Positions 11,397 through 20,613 are shown, counted from the first letter of the stretch. The stretch is DNA of 64,000 bases from Endomicrobiales bacterium (GCA_963794945.1 CAWCFT010000001.1:419884-483883), one strand, 5' to 3'. Notes: generated by a model not told the origin, from the letters alone. Numbers and translations: made by a program.

Positions 11397-12554
11397 ACAA
11401 TATAAAAGTCTGCCACATTATAACGATGCTTGAGCTCGGCGGCGCGCAAAGGAACACACTGCACACCGTAAAGAGCCTGGATCGGGAAAAATTCACACCC
11501 GTGCTCATCACGGGCCCAGGCGGCATACTTGACCAAGAAACTTCGGCTTTAACGGACGTTAAAACATATTTCGTTCCGGGTCTCGTGCGCCGGATAAGCC
11601 CGGTAAAAGACCTTTTAAGCATGCTTAGAATATACCGTCTGCTCTGCTTAGAAAAACCGGATGTAGTCCACACTCATTCCTCAAAGGCGGGCATAGTTGG
11701 CAGGATGGCCGCGAAGCTTGCCGGGGTGCCGGTCATCATACACACATACCACGGTTTCGGGTTCAACGATTTCCAGAACTTTGTCACGAGATGGGTCTTT
11801 ATACTGGCTGAGAAAATAACCGCACCTTTGACAACAAAGTTCATCGCGGTCACAACCGAGGACGTCGCCAAGGGCATTAAGTACGGCATAGGGACAACCG
11901 CCGATTACACGCTTATCAGGAGCGGCATTGATATTTCTTCGCCTGCCGCGGACAGCTTCAATAAAACAGATCTAAAAAAAGAGTTCGGCATAGCAGCGGA
12001 CGAGAACGTTGTAACGACAATAGGCCCGTTCAAACCGCAGAAGAACCTTGTGGATTTTGTCAAGGTATGCGCGCTTATCTCCGCGGAACTGCCGAAGACG
12101 CGTTTTCTTCTCGCGGGAGATGGTGAGCAGCGCCAGCTTCTCGAGGCGCTTATCCAGAAGTTCAATCTTTTCGGGCGCTTAACTCTTCTAGGATGGCGCA
12201 AAGACGTAAATAAAATACTCGCTGTTACAGAACGTGTTTATAATGACATCGCTCTGGGAAGGCCTGCCGCGCTCCATACTTGAGGCCATGAACATGGGCC
12301 TGCCGGTAGTGGCCAACGCTGTTGACGGCGTCAAGGAGATAGTAAGGGACGGTGTTACCGGTTACCTTATTGAGCCGCGCGACATCAAGGCCCTTGCGAA
12401 AAGAACTGTTCAACTGCTTAAAAACCCTTGCGTTGCAAAAGAAATGGGGATCAAAGGCAAGCAGAACATTGACACCCAGTACGATATTAATTTCATGGTA
12501 AGACAGCAGGAAAAACTATACGTCGAACTAATGGATAAACATGGGATCAAATAG
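11393..12554 (+). CDS. Glycosyltransferase family 4; frameshift near 12231
   Basis: GGAQ, HTHSSKAG, PQKN, then (D)VFIMTSLWEGLPRSILEAM in the next frame. Confidence 0.9.
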
Positions 12555-13884
12555 CTTTAAGATAGGAAAGACACTGTTATTTATAATGCTCGCGGGGCTG
12601 GCGCTCAGGCTCGCATTTTTTGTTGCGGTAAAACCATGGCAGGAGAACTACATCACCAAGAAGATAATCATGGTAGACTCCGAACCTTACAATACTTTTG
12701 CTTTGAACATACTGCACGATAGATCCTTTCAAAACACCGGCACCTACAGGACACCGGGCTATCCCGCCTTTATTGCCCTTGTGTATGCCGTCTTTGGCGC
12801 TCGGCCCTGGATAGTCATTTTGATTCAGGCGTTCATAGGGACTTTAACAATATTCCTAGTGCACCTTTGGGCAAGACAATGGTTCGACGAGAAAGTGGCG
12901 AACGTCTCCGCGCTGCTCTTCGCCATAGAACCGCACGTCATAGTTTACGGGGCCTGCCTGCTTACTGAAACACTTTTCGTTTTTATCGTTATGTTGTCCA
13001 TGATCGCGTGGTACAGATCGATGTCAAACAGAAACATTGCGTTAACAGCCGTTTCGGCGGCTCTGATGGGTTACGCCGTGCTTATAAAACCCGTCGCCGT
13101 TATTTTTCCGGCGGCAATAATCTTCCTTGTTATAATATTTAATAATACGAACCTGAGATTTAAGATCAAATCTGTCATTGTTTATGTTCTGCTTTTCTTT
13201 TTGGTAATGTCATCGTGGATGTTCAAGAACTACCAGCAGTACGGCCACTTTTCGCTTAGCCATATAAACGGTTTCAATCTGCTCTATGTAAGCGCCGCGT
13301 ACACCGAGGTCGCCCGCACGGGCAGGACCTACATCGACGTCTGCAAGGATTTCGACGTTGCCGCAAGGGAGAAGGGAGCCTTAGATACGTCCGACCTTTT
13401 CAAGCAGTCGCGAATATTCAGTAAGTTAGGTTTAACGTACATACGCTCCCATCCTGTGCCGTTCATCAAGAGGCACGTGACAGGCATGTTGACGCTCTTT
13501 ACCAACCTCGCCTCAACCGACACCATGGACCTTATGGGCCTAGACAGCATGAAGAAGAAATACAACGTCTACGAGTTCCACAACTATGTCGACATGGTCA
13601 AGTGGTATTTCCAGAACAAGACTTTCGATGAGATAATCTTCGGATCGTGCGTTTCAGCGTTCCTGATACTCACCTATCTTTTCTGTTTTTACGGCATGTG
13701 GGCTGCATTATCCGAAAAACTTTATTTTTGCTTTATAATTAATTTCTCGGTAGCATTTTATTTCTGTTTCATGACGGGCGTTTTTGGGGTGGCGCGCTAC
13801 AGGCTGCCGCTTATACCTTTTTATATACTTTTCACGGCTTATGGTATTATCAATGCGGCAAACAGAAAGTGCGTTGTTCGTTAA
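12541..13884 (+). CDS. GT-C type (family 39/ArnT-like) membrane glycosyltransferase
   Basis: DS..Y...A, YRTPGYP.F, LLTETLF, KP, RYRLP; many TM helices. Confidence 0.75.
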   Translation: MGSNSFKIGKTLLFIMLAGLALRLAFFVAVKPWQENYITKKIIMVDSEPYNTFALNILHDRSFQNTGTYRTPGYPAFIALVYAVFGARPWIVILIQAFIGTLTIFLVHLWARQWFDEKVANVSALLFAIEPHVIVYGACLLTETLFVFIVMLSMIAWYRSMSNRNIALTAVSAALMGYAVLIKPVAVIFPAAIIFLVIIFNNTNLRFKIKSVIVYVLLFFLVMSSWMFKNYQQYGHFSLSHINGFNLLYVSAAYTEVARTGRTYIDVCKDFDVAAREKGALDTSDLFKQSRIFSKLGLTYIRSHPVPFIKRHVTGMLTLFTNLASTDTMDLMGLDSMKKKYNVYEFHNYVDMVKWYFQNKTFDEIIFGSCVSAFLILTYLFCFYGMWAALSEKLYFCFIINFSVAFYFCFMTGVFGVARYRLPLIPFYILFTAYGIINAANRKCVVR

Positions 13885-13894
13885 AAATATTTTT

Positions 13895-13927
13895 TGTCGT
13901 CCCCGAAATGTTGTATCGGGGATCCAG
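13895..13927. repeat. Short extragenic palindrome (GTCRTCCCCG...CGGGGATCCAG type)
   Basis: TCCCCGA (13900-13906) pairs with TCGGGGA (13916-13922). Confidence 0.6.
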
Positions 13928-13957
13928 AACAATATAGGAATTTCAATATTAACGTGT

Positions 13958-14046
13958 TCCCCTCTTTATTTACAAAGAGGGGATAAAGGGGAGTTTGAAA
14001 TTATGCACTTCAACTCCCCCAGCCCCTCTTTAAACAAAAGAGGGGG
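13958..14046. repeat. REP/REPIN-like composite palindrome
   Basis: Two CCCCTCTTT-n5/6-AAAGAGGGG hairpins linked by GGGGAGTTTGAA...TTCAACTCCCC. Confidence 0.7.
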
Positions 14047-14082
14047 GATGACACACACAGAACACTGCTAATTCGGACAACA

Positions 14083-14826
14083 ATGGACATAATCGAAATT
14101 GACAAGAACAACGTTCACCGGCACCCGTGGGAGTTATCAAGGGCCGGGAACATTCTTTCTCTGGCCGTAAAAACGGGATTAAAAGCCCCGTTAGCCGATA
14201 TCGGGTCGGGCGACCTTTATTTTGCCTCAGAGCTAAAGAAAGTATCCGGCAGTGATGTCACAGCCGTTGACGAGGGGTACTTAACGTTCAAGCCGGAAAA
14301 CCCTCAGGGGCTTAAAACTTTTACCAGCGTTGCGGAGCTTTCTAACGGGTCATTGGGAACGGTTTTTTTACTAGACGTGCTTGAACACGTTAAAGACGAT
14401 GAAGGACTCCTTAATACTTTAAACGGCAAGCTGGCTGTCGACGGAAAACTGATCGTCACAGTTCCGGCTTACCAATTTCTTTTTTCGGAGCACGATGTTC
14501 ACCTTAAACACAAACGCAGGTATAATTTAAACACCCTCAACGGCCTGCTGAAAAGATCAGGTTTCGAAACCTATGAGATATTTTATTTTTTCGGCACGCT
14601 TTTCATTGCGAGGCTGATACAGGTATTCCTAGATAACGCCGGTTTCAAAGCTTCGCCGGAAAAATCTATCAGCGCCTGGAAACGTCCCGCGGATGACTTT
14701 TTAACCAGGTTTGTCGTGTTCATACTTAACGCCGATTTCAGCATATGCCGCATGCTTTCGAAACTTAAAATAAGACTACCGGGGTTATCACTATGCGCGG
14801 TCTCGAAAAAAATGTCTTCCTTATAG
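14083..14826 (+). CDS. Class I SAM-dependent methyltransferase
   Basis: RHPWE..R, DIGSGD, LLDVLEHV.DD, TVPAYQFLFSEHD...H.RRY. Confidence 0.85.
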   Translation: MDIIEIDKNNVHRHPWELSRAGNILSLAVKTGLKAPLADIGSGDLYFASELKKVSGSDVTAVDEGYLTFKPENPQGLKTFTSVAELSNGSLGTVFLLDVLEHVKDDEGLLNTLNGKLAVDGKLIVTVPAYQFLFSEHDVHLKHKRRYNLNTLNGLLKRSGFETYEIFYFFGTLFIARLIQVFLDNAGFKASPEKSISAWKRPADDFLTRFVVFILNADFSICRMLSKLKIRLPGLSLCAVSKKMSSL

Positions 14827-15509
14827 TGCCGTGTTACAACGAAGAGAAACGCCTGGGCAAAAACCTGAACACTTTTATCGGCTCACCCTTCAGGTTCGTG
14901 TTCGTAGACGACGGCTCAAAAGATTTAACGAAAAAGATACTCGAGAACGGGGTAAAAGCTCCTAATTACTTTATCTCTCTGCCTGCGAACTCCGGAAAAG
15001 CGGAAGCCGTGCGCAAGGGTGTGGAATTCGTCCGCAGCCTTGAAGAATACGGTGAAGCAGACTGGATAGGCTTCTGGGACGCCGACATGGCCGCGCCTTT
15101 GGACGAGGTCGCCCATATGATCGACTTTGTAGAGCTCTCCGGAGGCGCCGACGCGGTTTACGGCAGCCGTGTGATGCGACTCGGCAGCGTTATAAAGAGG
15201 AAATCCTTGCGTCATTTTTTGGGAAGGATATTCTGTACGTTCGTTTCTATGCTTTTCGGCATAGAAAGCTATGACACACAGTGCGGCGCGAAACTTTTCA
15301 ATAAAGCCGCGCTTGAGAAAGCTTTCGCCGAGCCTTTCCTCTCCAGGTGGATATTCGACGTTGAAATAATTCTGAGGCTCAAAGGCCTCAAACAGATAGA
15401 ATGCCCGCTCAACAAGTGGGAAGACGTCAAAGGTTCAAAGATCTCGCCCTTTAATTCTTTCGCCGCGGTCGCAGCGGATATTATTAAGATTTACAGTAAA
15501 TACAAATAA
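14793..15509 (+). CDS. Glycosyltransferase family 2 (dolichyl-phosphate glucosyltransferase-like)
   Basis: VPCYNEE, VDDGS, GKAEAVR, DAD, DTQCGAKLF, W.FDVE, WEDV.GSK. Confidence 0.9.
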   Translation: MRGLEKNVFLIVPCYNEEKRLGKNLNTFIGSPFRFVFVDDGSKDLTKKILENGVKAPNYFISLPANSGKAEAVRKGVEFVRSLEEYGEADWIGFWDADMAAPLDEVAHMIDFVELSGGADAVYGSRVMRLGSVIKRKSLRHFLGRIFCTFVSMLFGIESYDTQCGAKLFNKAALEKAFAEPFLSRWIFDVEIILRLKGLKQIECPLNKWEDVKGSKISPFNSFAAVAADIIKIYSKYK

Positions 15510-15518
15510 TACAGTTTA

Positions 15519-15713
15519 AGTTCGTTGAAATAATGTTCTAATGTTGTCATTGTGAGGAGTACCGCCTTGCGGGACGACGCGACAATCTTGCTGTCACTTT
15601 TGAAAGACGAGATTGCTCTCCAAACTTCCGGCGAGTCTTCGACTTCACCTGGAGCCTGCCTTCCTCGGAGGGGGTTCGCAAAGACACAATGTTTGAGGGT
15701 TTTTCAACGAACT
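15519..15713. mobile_element. MITE-like non-autonomous element with 12-bp terminal inverted repeats
   Basis: AGTTCGTTGAAA (15519-15530) / TTTCAACGAACT (15702-15713); nested TGTCATTGTGA...TCGCAAAGACA and CAATCT...AGATTG. Confidence 0.6.
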
Positions 15714-15723
15714 CAATTTGGAG

Positions 15724-15809
15724 TTTCGAAATTGGTTATTAGAAATTGCCATAAAATTGTAGTTTATATTGAAGTTCTTTCGGATTTCGAAATTGTTGAT
15801 TAGAAATTG
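15724..15809 (+). repeat. Two 25-bp direct repeats upstream of the ParB-like gene
   Basis: TTTCGAAATTG-n3-ATTAGAAATTG at 15724-15748 and 15785-15809. Confidence 0.7.
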
Positions 15810-15832
15810 TTGTAAATAGTGGGGGTAAAACC

Positions 15833-17227
15833 ATGCCTGACACAGCTCCGGTTATTAAGCTGATACCTGTAAACCGCATCCTTCCGTCCCGCCATCAAGC
15901 CCGCAAGAGCTTCAACGAAGAAAGCCTCAAAAACCTGGCCGCGTCTATCAAAAAAGAAGGGCTGGTAGAGCCTATTATGGTTCGCGTTGTGCCTCCTCCC
16001 GAAGGGGTTGCCGCTGACCCCGTTAGAGATACATCGGCAGGATTGTCAGGACAGAGTAATGATAAGCAGGACAGTGCTGGTACTTCCGGCCAGCCAAGCG
16101 AGGGTGCGGCCGCCCTTGAGCGGCCTATCTCTAACGGGGCTGGCAGCGAATGGTACGAGATCATATTTGGCGAGCGCCGCTGGCGGGCCTATATGCTTTT
16201 GGGCAGGGAAACCATAGAAGCGATAATAACCACGGTTGCGAGCGAGGCCGCGTCAGCCGCCAAAGGGCTGGTTGAGAACCTTCAACGGGAAGGGATAAAC
16301 CCCATTGAAGAAGCGGAGGGCTTTGTCCACTTAAACCAGCTAGACCCGGTCTACTGGACCCAGGGTAATATATCTGAAACAGTAGGCAGAAGCCATGGGT
16401 ATATTAGCCAATCCCTCAAAATGCTAAAGTTACCGCAGTCTATAATAGATAATGTTAGGCGCCTAACTATCCACAGGAGCAATGCCCTAGAGCTTTTGCG
16501 CCTGCCAAACGAAGGCCTGCAGGAGACGGCGGCTAACGAGATAGTAGCCAAGGACCTGAACCTTAAAAATACACGGACACTTATTGATAAAATGATTGAA
16601 AATCAAGTCAATAGGGCAAAAACACAGGCTGGTGAACAGGCTGGCGGAGCTACTGCCGGCGCCCACCCCTCAAATGACTTCAGTATCAAAGACTCAGCCG
16701 GCGCTATACATATAATAGGTAGCTTCCAGAAGCCTATCGTCCCTGCCGAGGTTATAAAGGCCCTGGAAGCCACACTCCTGCATTGGCAAGAGATGGACAG
16801 CCAGCCAAAGAACCAAACCAAACAGCCAAAACACCCCAAATCCCAACAGACGTCCAAGGAGCCAAAAGCCCCTGACCAGGGTGCGCCCATAACCCCTTCG
16901 CCGCTTGTGGGTAAGGCTGAAGCAAATACAGCCGGACAACCTCTAAACATGGACCAGCTCAAAAAGGCATTAGAGTCAGAACAGGGCAACCTCATCAACG
17001 GGCAGGCGGGTCAGGCAGTTCTCGCCGCATTGGAATATCAAAAGAAAGTAACCGAATTAATCAGCCTTCAGCAGGCCCTTAAAGCGGCTGGCAGCGAAGA
17101 AGAGAAGATCAGGCTGAACGCTGAAATTGAAAAGAAAAAGGCGGAGATAGAAGCTATAAAGAAAGGCCTACAGGCAGGCGGTTCAAACTCGGCCCCGCAT
17201 GATTTGCCGGACGCTCCAAAGGCCTGA
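15833..17227 (+). CDS. Orphan ParB/RepB/Spo0J-family protein with low-complexity and coiled-coil C-terminus
   Basis: Q.RK.F...L..LA.SIK..GL.EPI.VR, GERRWRA, ENLQRE.INPIEEA, HTH (TQ..I...VGRS..YISQ.L..L.LP). Confidence 0.88.
   Translation: MPDTAPVIKLIPVNRILPSRHQARKSFNEESLKNLAASIKKEGLVEPIMVRVVPPPEGVAADPVRDTSAGLSGQSNDKQDSAGTSGQPSEGAAALERPISNGAGSEWYEIIFGERRWRAYMLLGRETIEAIITTVASEAASAAKGLVENLQREGINPIEEAEGFVHLNQLDPVYWTQGNISETVGRSHGYISQSLKMLKLPQSIIDNVRRLTIHRSNALELLRLPNEGLQETAANEIVAKDLNLKNTRTLIDKMIENQVNRAKTQAGEQAGGATAGAHPSNDFSIKDSAGAIHIIGSFQKPIVPAEVIKALEATLLHWQEMDSQPKNQTKQPKHPKSQQTSKEPKAPDQGAPITPSPLVGKAEANTAGQPLNMDQLKKALESEQGNLINGQAGQAVLAALEYQKKVTELISLQQALKAAGSEEEKIRLNAEIEKKKAEIEAIKKGLQAGGSNSAPHDLPDAPKA
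16018..16139. mobile_element. In-frame palindromic insertion inside the ParB N-terminal domain
   Basis: Perfect 14-bp IR CCCCGTTAGAGATA (16018-16031) / TATCTCTAACGGGG (16126-16139). Confidence 0.7.
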
Positions 17228-17280
17228 AGTTTTCGGACGGCCAACTGTTTAAATATGAATTTGAAGTACCCTTTAGGGCA

Positions 17281-17305
17281 TTTAGAGATTGCCAATTAGA
17301 AATTG
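17281..17305 (+). repeat. Third copy of the 25-bp repeat, downstream of the ParB-like gene
   Basis: TTTAGAGATTG-cca-ATTAGAAATTG. Confidence 0.6.
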
Positions 17306-17311
17306 AATTAA

Positions 17312-17337
17312 TGGGGCTGCGCCGAGATCGAACCGGC
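17312..17337 (-). other. tRNA/tmRNA 3'-end-like fragment (possible att remnant) or simple hairpin
   Basis: Minus strand reads GCCGG-TTCGATC-TCGGC-GCAGCCCCA; no matching 5' half. Confidence 0.3.
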
Positions 17338-17419
17338 AGCCAAAGTCAAAGATCCGCTAGTTAGGCAAACCACGGAAGAGTATATGCGCACTTGGAAAAT
17401 ATTTTATATATAGGGGTTG

Positions 17420-17447
17420 TTGCAATATGAAATAATATTGATATAAT
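17420..17447 (+). promoter_or_regulatory. Putative sigma70 promoter with extended -10
   Basis: TTGCAA-16nt-TATAAT with TG-n before the -10. Confidence 0.55.
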
Positions 17448-17549
17448 AGCCTAGGCATAGATCATCTTTTGACTATTGATACATCAGGACGCAAAATAAT
17501 TAGAATAGTTAGTGAAGCCTGCCCTCATAAACGAAAAGGAGAAATGAAC

Positions 17550-18107
17550 ATGGAAGTCAAAGGAGTGGCTTTTGTCGCGAGAAAAAACGCTTTGATCAAG
17601 CAGTTCGGCGAAAAAAAGTTCGCTGAGTTAATGAAAGAGGTTGCCGAGAAGGAAGAGTATTTTAAAGACCCCTTCATAAATCAGGCGACTTTGATCCCCA
17701 TTGAAAAATTCCTGCTTTTTAACGATATGATGGTGAATAAATTTTACGGCGGTGACGCTAAGATCTACTGGAAGATGGGCGAAAAATCCGCGGAATTCTC
17801 GCTTATAGAAGGCCCTTTCAAAGTCTTTATCCAAAATAAGAGCATAGAGGATGCTTGCAAAACGAGCATTCCGAACGTATGGAAGGTTTATTACAACGAA
17901 GGAAGAGTGGAAACAAAATTTGAGAAGGGGATGGTTAATATAAGGATCCTTGACGTGCCAATTCTCCACTCGTACTTCGAGTATGCGCTAATGGGATATT
18001 ACGTTAAATTGCTTGAACTGGTCGGCGCAAAATCGATCAAATACGATGCGATAAAAACGGTTGAAAAAGGCGACACGGAAATTGAATATGTATTCCATTT
18101 TCAGTAG
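17550..18107 (+). CDS. Hypothetical cytoplasmic protein, DUF2378/H-NOX-V4R-like
   Basis: AAGGAG RBS; N-terminal VKG..F......I...FG, MG..SA...L...FK.F, W..YY..G pattern. Confidence 0.5.
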   Translation: MEVKGVAFVARKNALIKQFGEKKFAELMKEVAEKEEYFKDPFINQATLIPIEKFLLFNDMMVNKFYGGDAKIYWKMGEKSAEFSLIEGPFKVFIQNKSIEDACKTSIPNVWKVYYNEGRVETKFEKGMVNIRILDVPILHSYFEYALMGYYVKLLELVGAKSIKYDAIKTVEKGDTEIEYVFHFQ

Positions 18108-18212
18108 TGGAACAAACAACCGCAGGCGTGGTATGAAAATAGTTCTAATTAATTTTGTCATAACAATAATTAGTCAAAATGTTCAGCGATTATAGAACAA
18201 ACAAGGGAGCTC

Positions 18213-19182
18213 ATGAAAGCAATTGTATACACTCAATACGGTTCACCGGATGTTCTGCAGCTTAAAGATGTGGAAAAACCTTCTATTAAAGACAATGAAA
18301 TACTGGTAAAAATCCACGTGGCGTTTGTGAACGCGGCCGACTGGCATCTTTTAAGAGCTGACCCGTTCATAGTACGGCTGTTCGCGGGGCTTTTAAAACC
18401 TAAATATAAGATACTGGGTGCTGATATAGCCGGGCAAGTTGAAGCTGTCGGCAGAAATGTAAAGCGGTTTAAGCCCGGTGACGAAGTATTCGGCAGTATA
18501 TTCGGTTGCTGGCCTTGGCGGTTTTGCCGAATACGCGCGCGCCAGCGATGACGCGCTTGTTCTCAAACCAGCCAATATATCTTTTGAGGAAGCGGCGGTG
18601 GCGCCTTTGGCGGCAATTACCGCTTTGCAGGGCCTTCGCGGCAGGGGGCAAATTCAGCCCGGGCAACAGGTATTGATAAACGGCGCGTCCGGCGGTGTAG
18701 GCACGTTCGCGGTTCAGATAGCCAAATCGTTCGGGGCAGAAGTAACCGCCGTGTGCAGTACGGGGAATTTGGATATGGCGCGCTCGATAGGCGCTGACCA
18801 CGTCATTGATTACACTAAAGAAGATTTCACGAAAAACGGCCAGCGCTATGACCTTATTTTTGCCGCCAACGGATACCATCCCATCTCGGACTATAAGCGA
18901 GCGTTAAGCCCCGGAGGTATATATGTAATGGCCGGAGGGGCCGTAGCTCAAATGTTCCAGGCCGTATTTCTGGGGCCGTTGATGTCGCTTGGCGGAGATA
19001 AGAAAATGTTACAACTTTCGGCGAAATCAAACCAGAAAGACCTAACTTTTATAAAAGAACTCCTTGAAACAGGAAAGATCAAACCCGTTATATACAGGCG
19101 TTACCCGTTAAGCGAGGCCGCCGAAGCTGTCAGGTGCGTTGAACAAGGCCACGCCAAAGGGAAAGTTGTCATAACTATGTAG
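18213..19182 (+). CDS. NAD(P)-dependent medium-chain dehydrogenase/reductase (quinone oxidoreductase-like); frameshift near 18509
   Basis: [58 protein letters not shown]. Confidence 0.88.
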
Positions 19183-19212
19183 CAATAGTTTAACATTTCA
19201 CCAGCCCAATTC

Positions 19213-19241
19213 TTGACAAACTTTTCAATTTGAAGTAGAAT
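19213..19241 (+). promoter_or_regulatory. Near-consensus sigma70 promoter for the icd-like operon
   Basis: TTGACA-17nt-TAGAAT. Confidence 0.75.
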
Positions 19242-19293
19242 TAAGACCATTGAAAACAACTCAATAGTCTTGATTGCGCGGATAATTAACTAC

Positions 19294-19327
19294 GATTACA
19301 CAGATTGTAACATAGATTACACAGATT
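19294..19327 (+). repeat. 13-bp direct repeat in the icd-like leader
   Basis: GATTACACAGATT at 19294 and 19315. Confidence 0.65.
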
Positions 19328-19450
19328 AACATCAACAGAATTTTAAGGCAGTTAGGTTATTTGAAACGTATAAACAGAGTTTTACATATAACCAGTCATC
19401 GACCGAATCATTCCTAGATCAAAATCCAAATCCTTAAGGAGAAAAAAGCA

Positions 19451-20509
19451 ATGTCAGCGCACAAAGTTACTCTTATACCCGGCGACGGAACAGGGCCGGA
19501 GATCACCGACGTTACAGTTAAAGTTGTCGAGGCGACAGGCGTAAAAATAGACTGGGAAGTAGCCGAGGCAGGTTCGGATGTTATGCAGAAATACGGCACA
19601 CCGCTTCCTGAAAGCACGCTTAAATCCATCGCAAAAAATAAAGTCGCCCTCAAAGGGCCTATAACAACGCCAATCGGGACGGGGTTCCGTTCGGTTAACG
19701 TTGCTATTCGCAAAGAGCTCGACCTGTTCACTTGCCTTCGTCCCTGCAGGACATACAAAGGCGTCAAAAGCAAATACGAGAACATCGACCTTGTAGTCGT
19801 TAGGGAAAACACCGAAGACCTTTACGCGGGCGTTGAATACGCCGCGGGAAGCAATGAAGCCAACAAGATAATTGAAATGTCGGCGGGCAAGATACGCAAA
19901 GACTCCGCGATATCCATCAAGCCCATGTCAAAATTCGGTTCCGAGAGAATAGTAAAGTTCGCGTTCGACTACGCTGTAAAGCACGGAAGAAAGAAAGTGA
20001 CGGCCGTGACAAAAGCGAACATAATGAAATTTACCGACGGCCTCTTTTTCGACACCGCCCGCGAAGTGGCCAAACAATACGCAGGCAAGATTGAATACGA
20101 AGAACGCCTCATAGACAACATGTGCATGCAGCTAGTCCAGAAACCCAACCTTTACGACGTTATCTGCCTTCCCAACCTTTACGGCGACATTCTTTCAGAC
20201 CTGTGCGCCGGCCTCATAGGCGGCTTAGGCATTGCCCCGGGCGCGAACTTCGGCAACGAAATCGCCGTTTTCGAAGCAGTTCACGGCTCGGCGCCTAAAT
20301 ATAAAGGAATGAACAAGGTTAACCCTGTGGCTGTTATTCTCTCGGCGAAACTAATGCTTGAGCATCTTGGCGAAGCAGATGCCGCCCAGAGGCTAGATAA
20401 AGCCGTTGCCGGTGTCATTGCCGAAGGCAAGAACGTTACTTACGACCTTGGCGGAACGGCGGGGACCAAAGAAATCGGCGAAGCCATAATTAGCAAGATC
20501 AAAAGTTAA
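19451..20509 (+). CDS. icd: Isocitrate/isopropylmalate dehydrogenase family protein, probably isocitrate dehydrogenase
   Basis: [57 protein letters not shown]. Confidence 0.8.
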   Translation: MSAHKVTLIPGDGTGPEITDVTVKVVEATGVKIDWEVAEAGSDVMQKYGTPLPESTLKSIAKNKVALKGPITTPIGTGFRSVNVAIRKELDLFTCLRPCRTYKGVKSKYENIDLVVVRENTEDLYAGVEYAAGSNEANKIIEMSAGKIRKDSAISIKPMSKFGSERIVKFAFDYAVKHGRKKVTAVTKANIMKFTDGLFFDTAREVAKQYAGKIEYEERLIDNMCMQLVQKPNLYDVICLPNLYGDILSDLCAGLIGGLGIAPGANFGNEIAVFEAVHGSAPKYKGMNKVNPVAVILSAKLMLEHLGEADAAQRLDKAVAGVIAEGKNVTYDLGGTAGTKEIGEAIISKIKS

Positions 20510-20592
20510 AAATCAAATGTTAAATATTTTGATTTGCATACATCCGCTTTAGCGGATACCTTAATTTTGATATTTGATGTTTGATATTTAAT
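20495..20592. repeat. AT-rich heptamer inverted-repeat region with a central palindrome
   Basis: ATCAAA-type units facing TTTGAT-type units around ATCCGCT-TT-AGCGGAT (20542-20557). Confidence 0.6.
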
Positions 20593-20613
20593 ATTTCTAT
20601 AAAAGGAATGTTT

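Noticed and set aside
13784..15803. ORFs 13784..14071 and 15552..15803 as proteins
   Set aside because: They are translations running through palindromic repeat elements
15724..15809. CRISPR array (25-bp repeats with a 36-bp gap)
   Set aside because: Only two adjacent imperfect copies, built from heptamer-like units; no cas genes in the window
16891..16920. Second palindromic remnant (TPSPLVG) in the ParB C-terminus
   Set aside because: Resembles PSPLVGEG-type repeats but base pairing is too degenerate to support
17312..17390. Intact tRNA gene
   Set aside because: No D-arm, anticodon arm or complementary 5' acceptor strand
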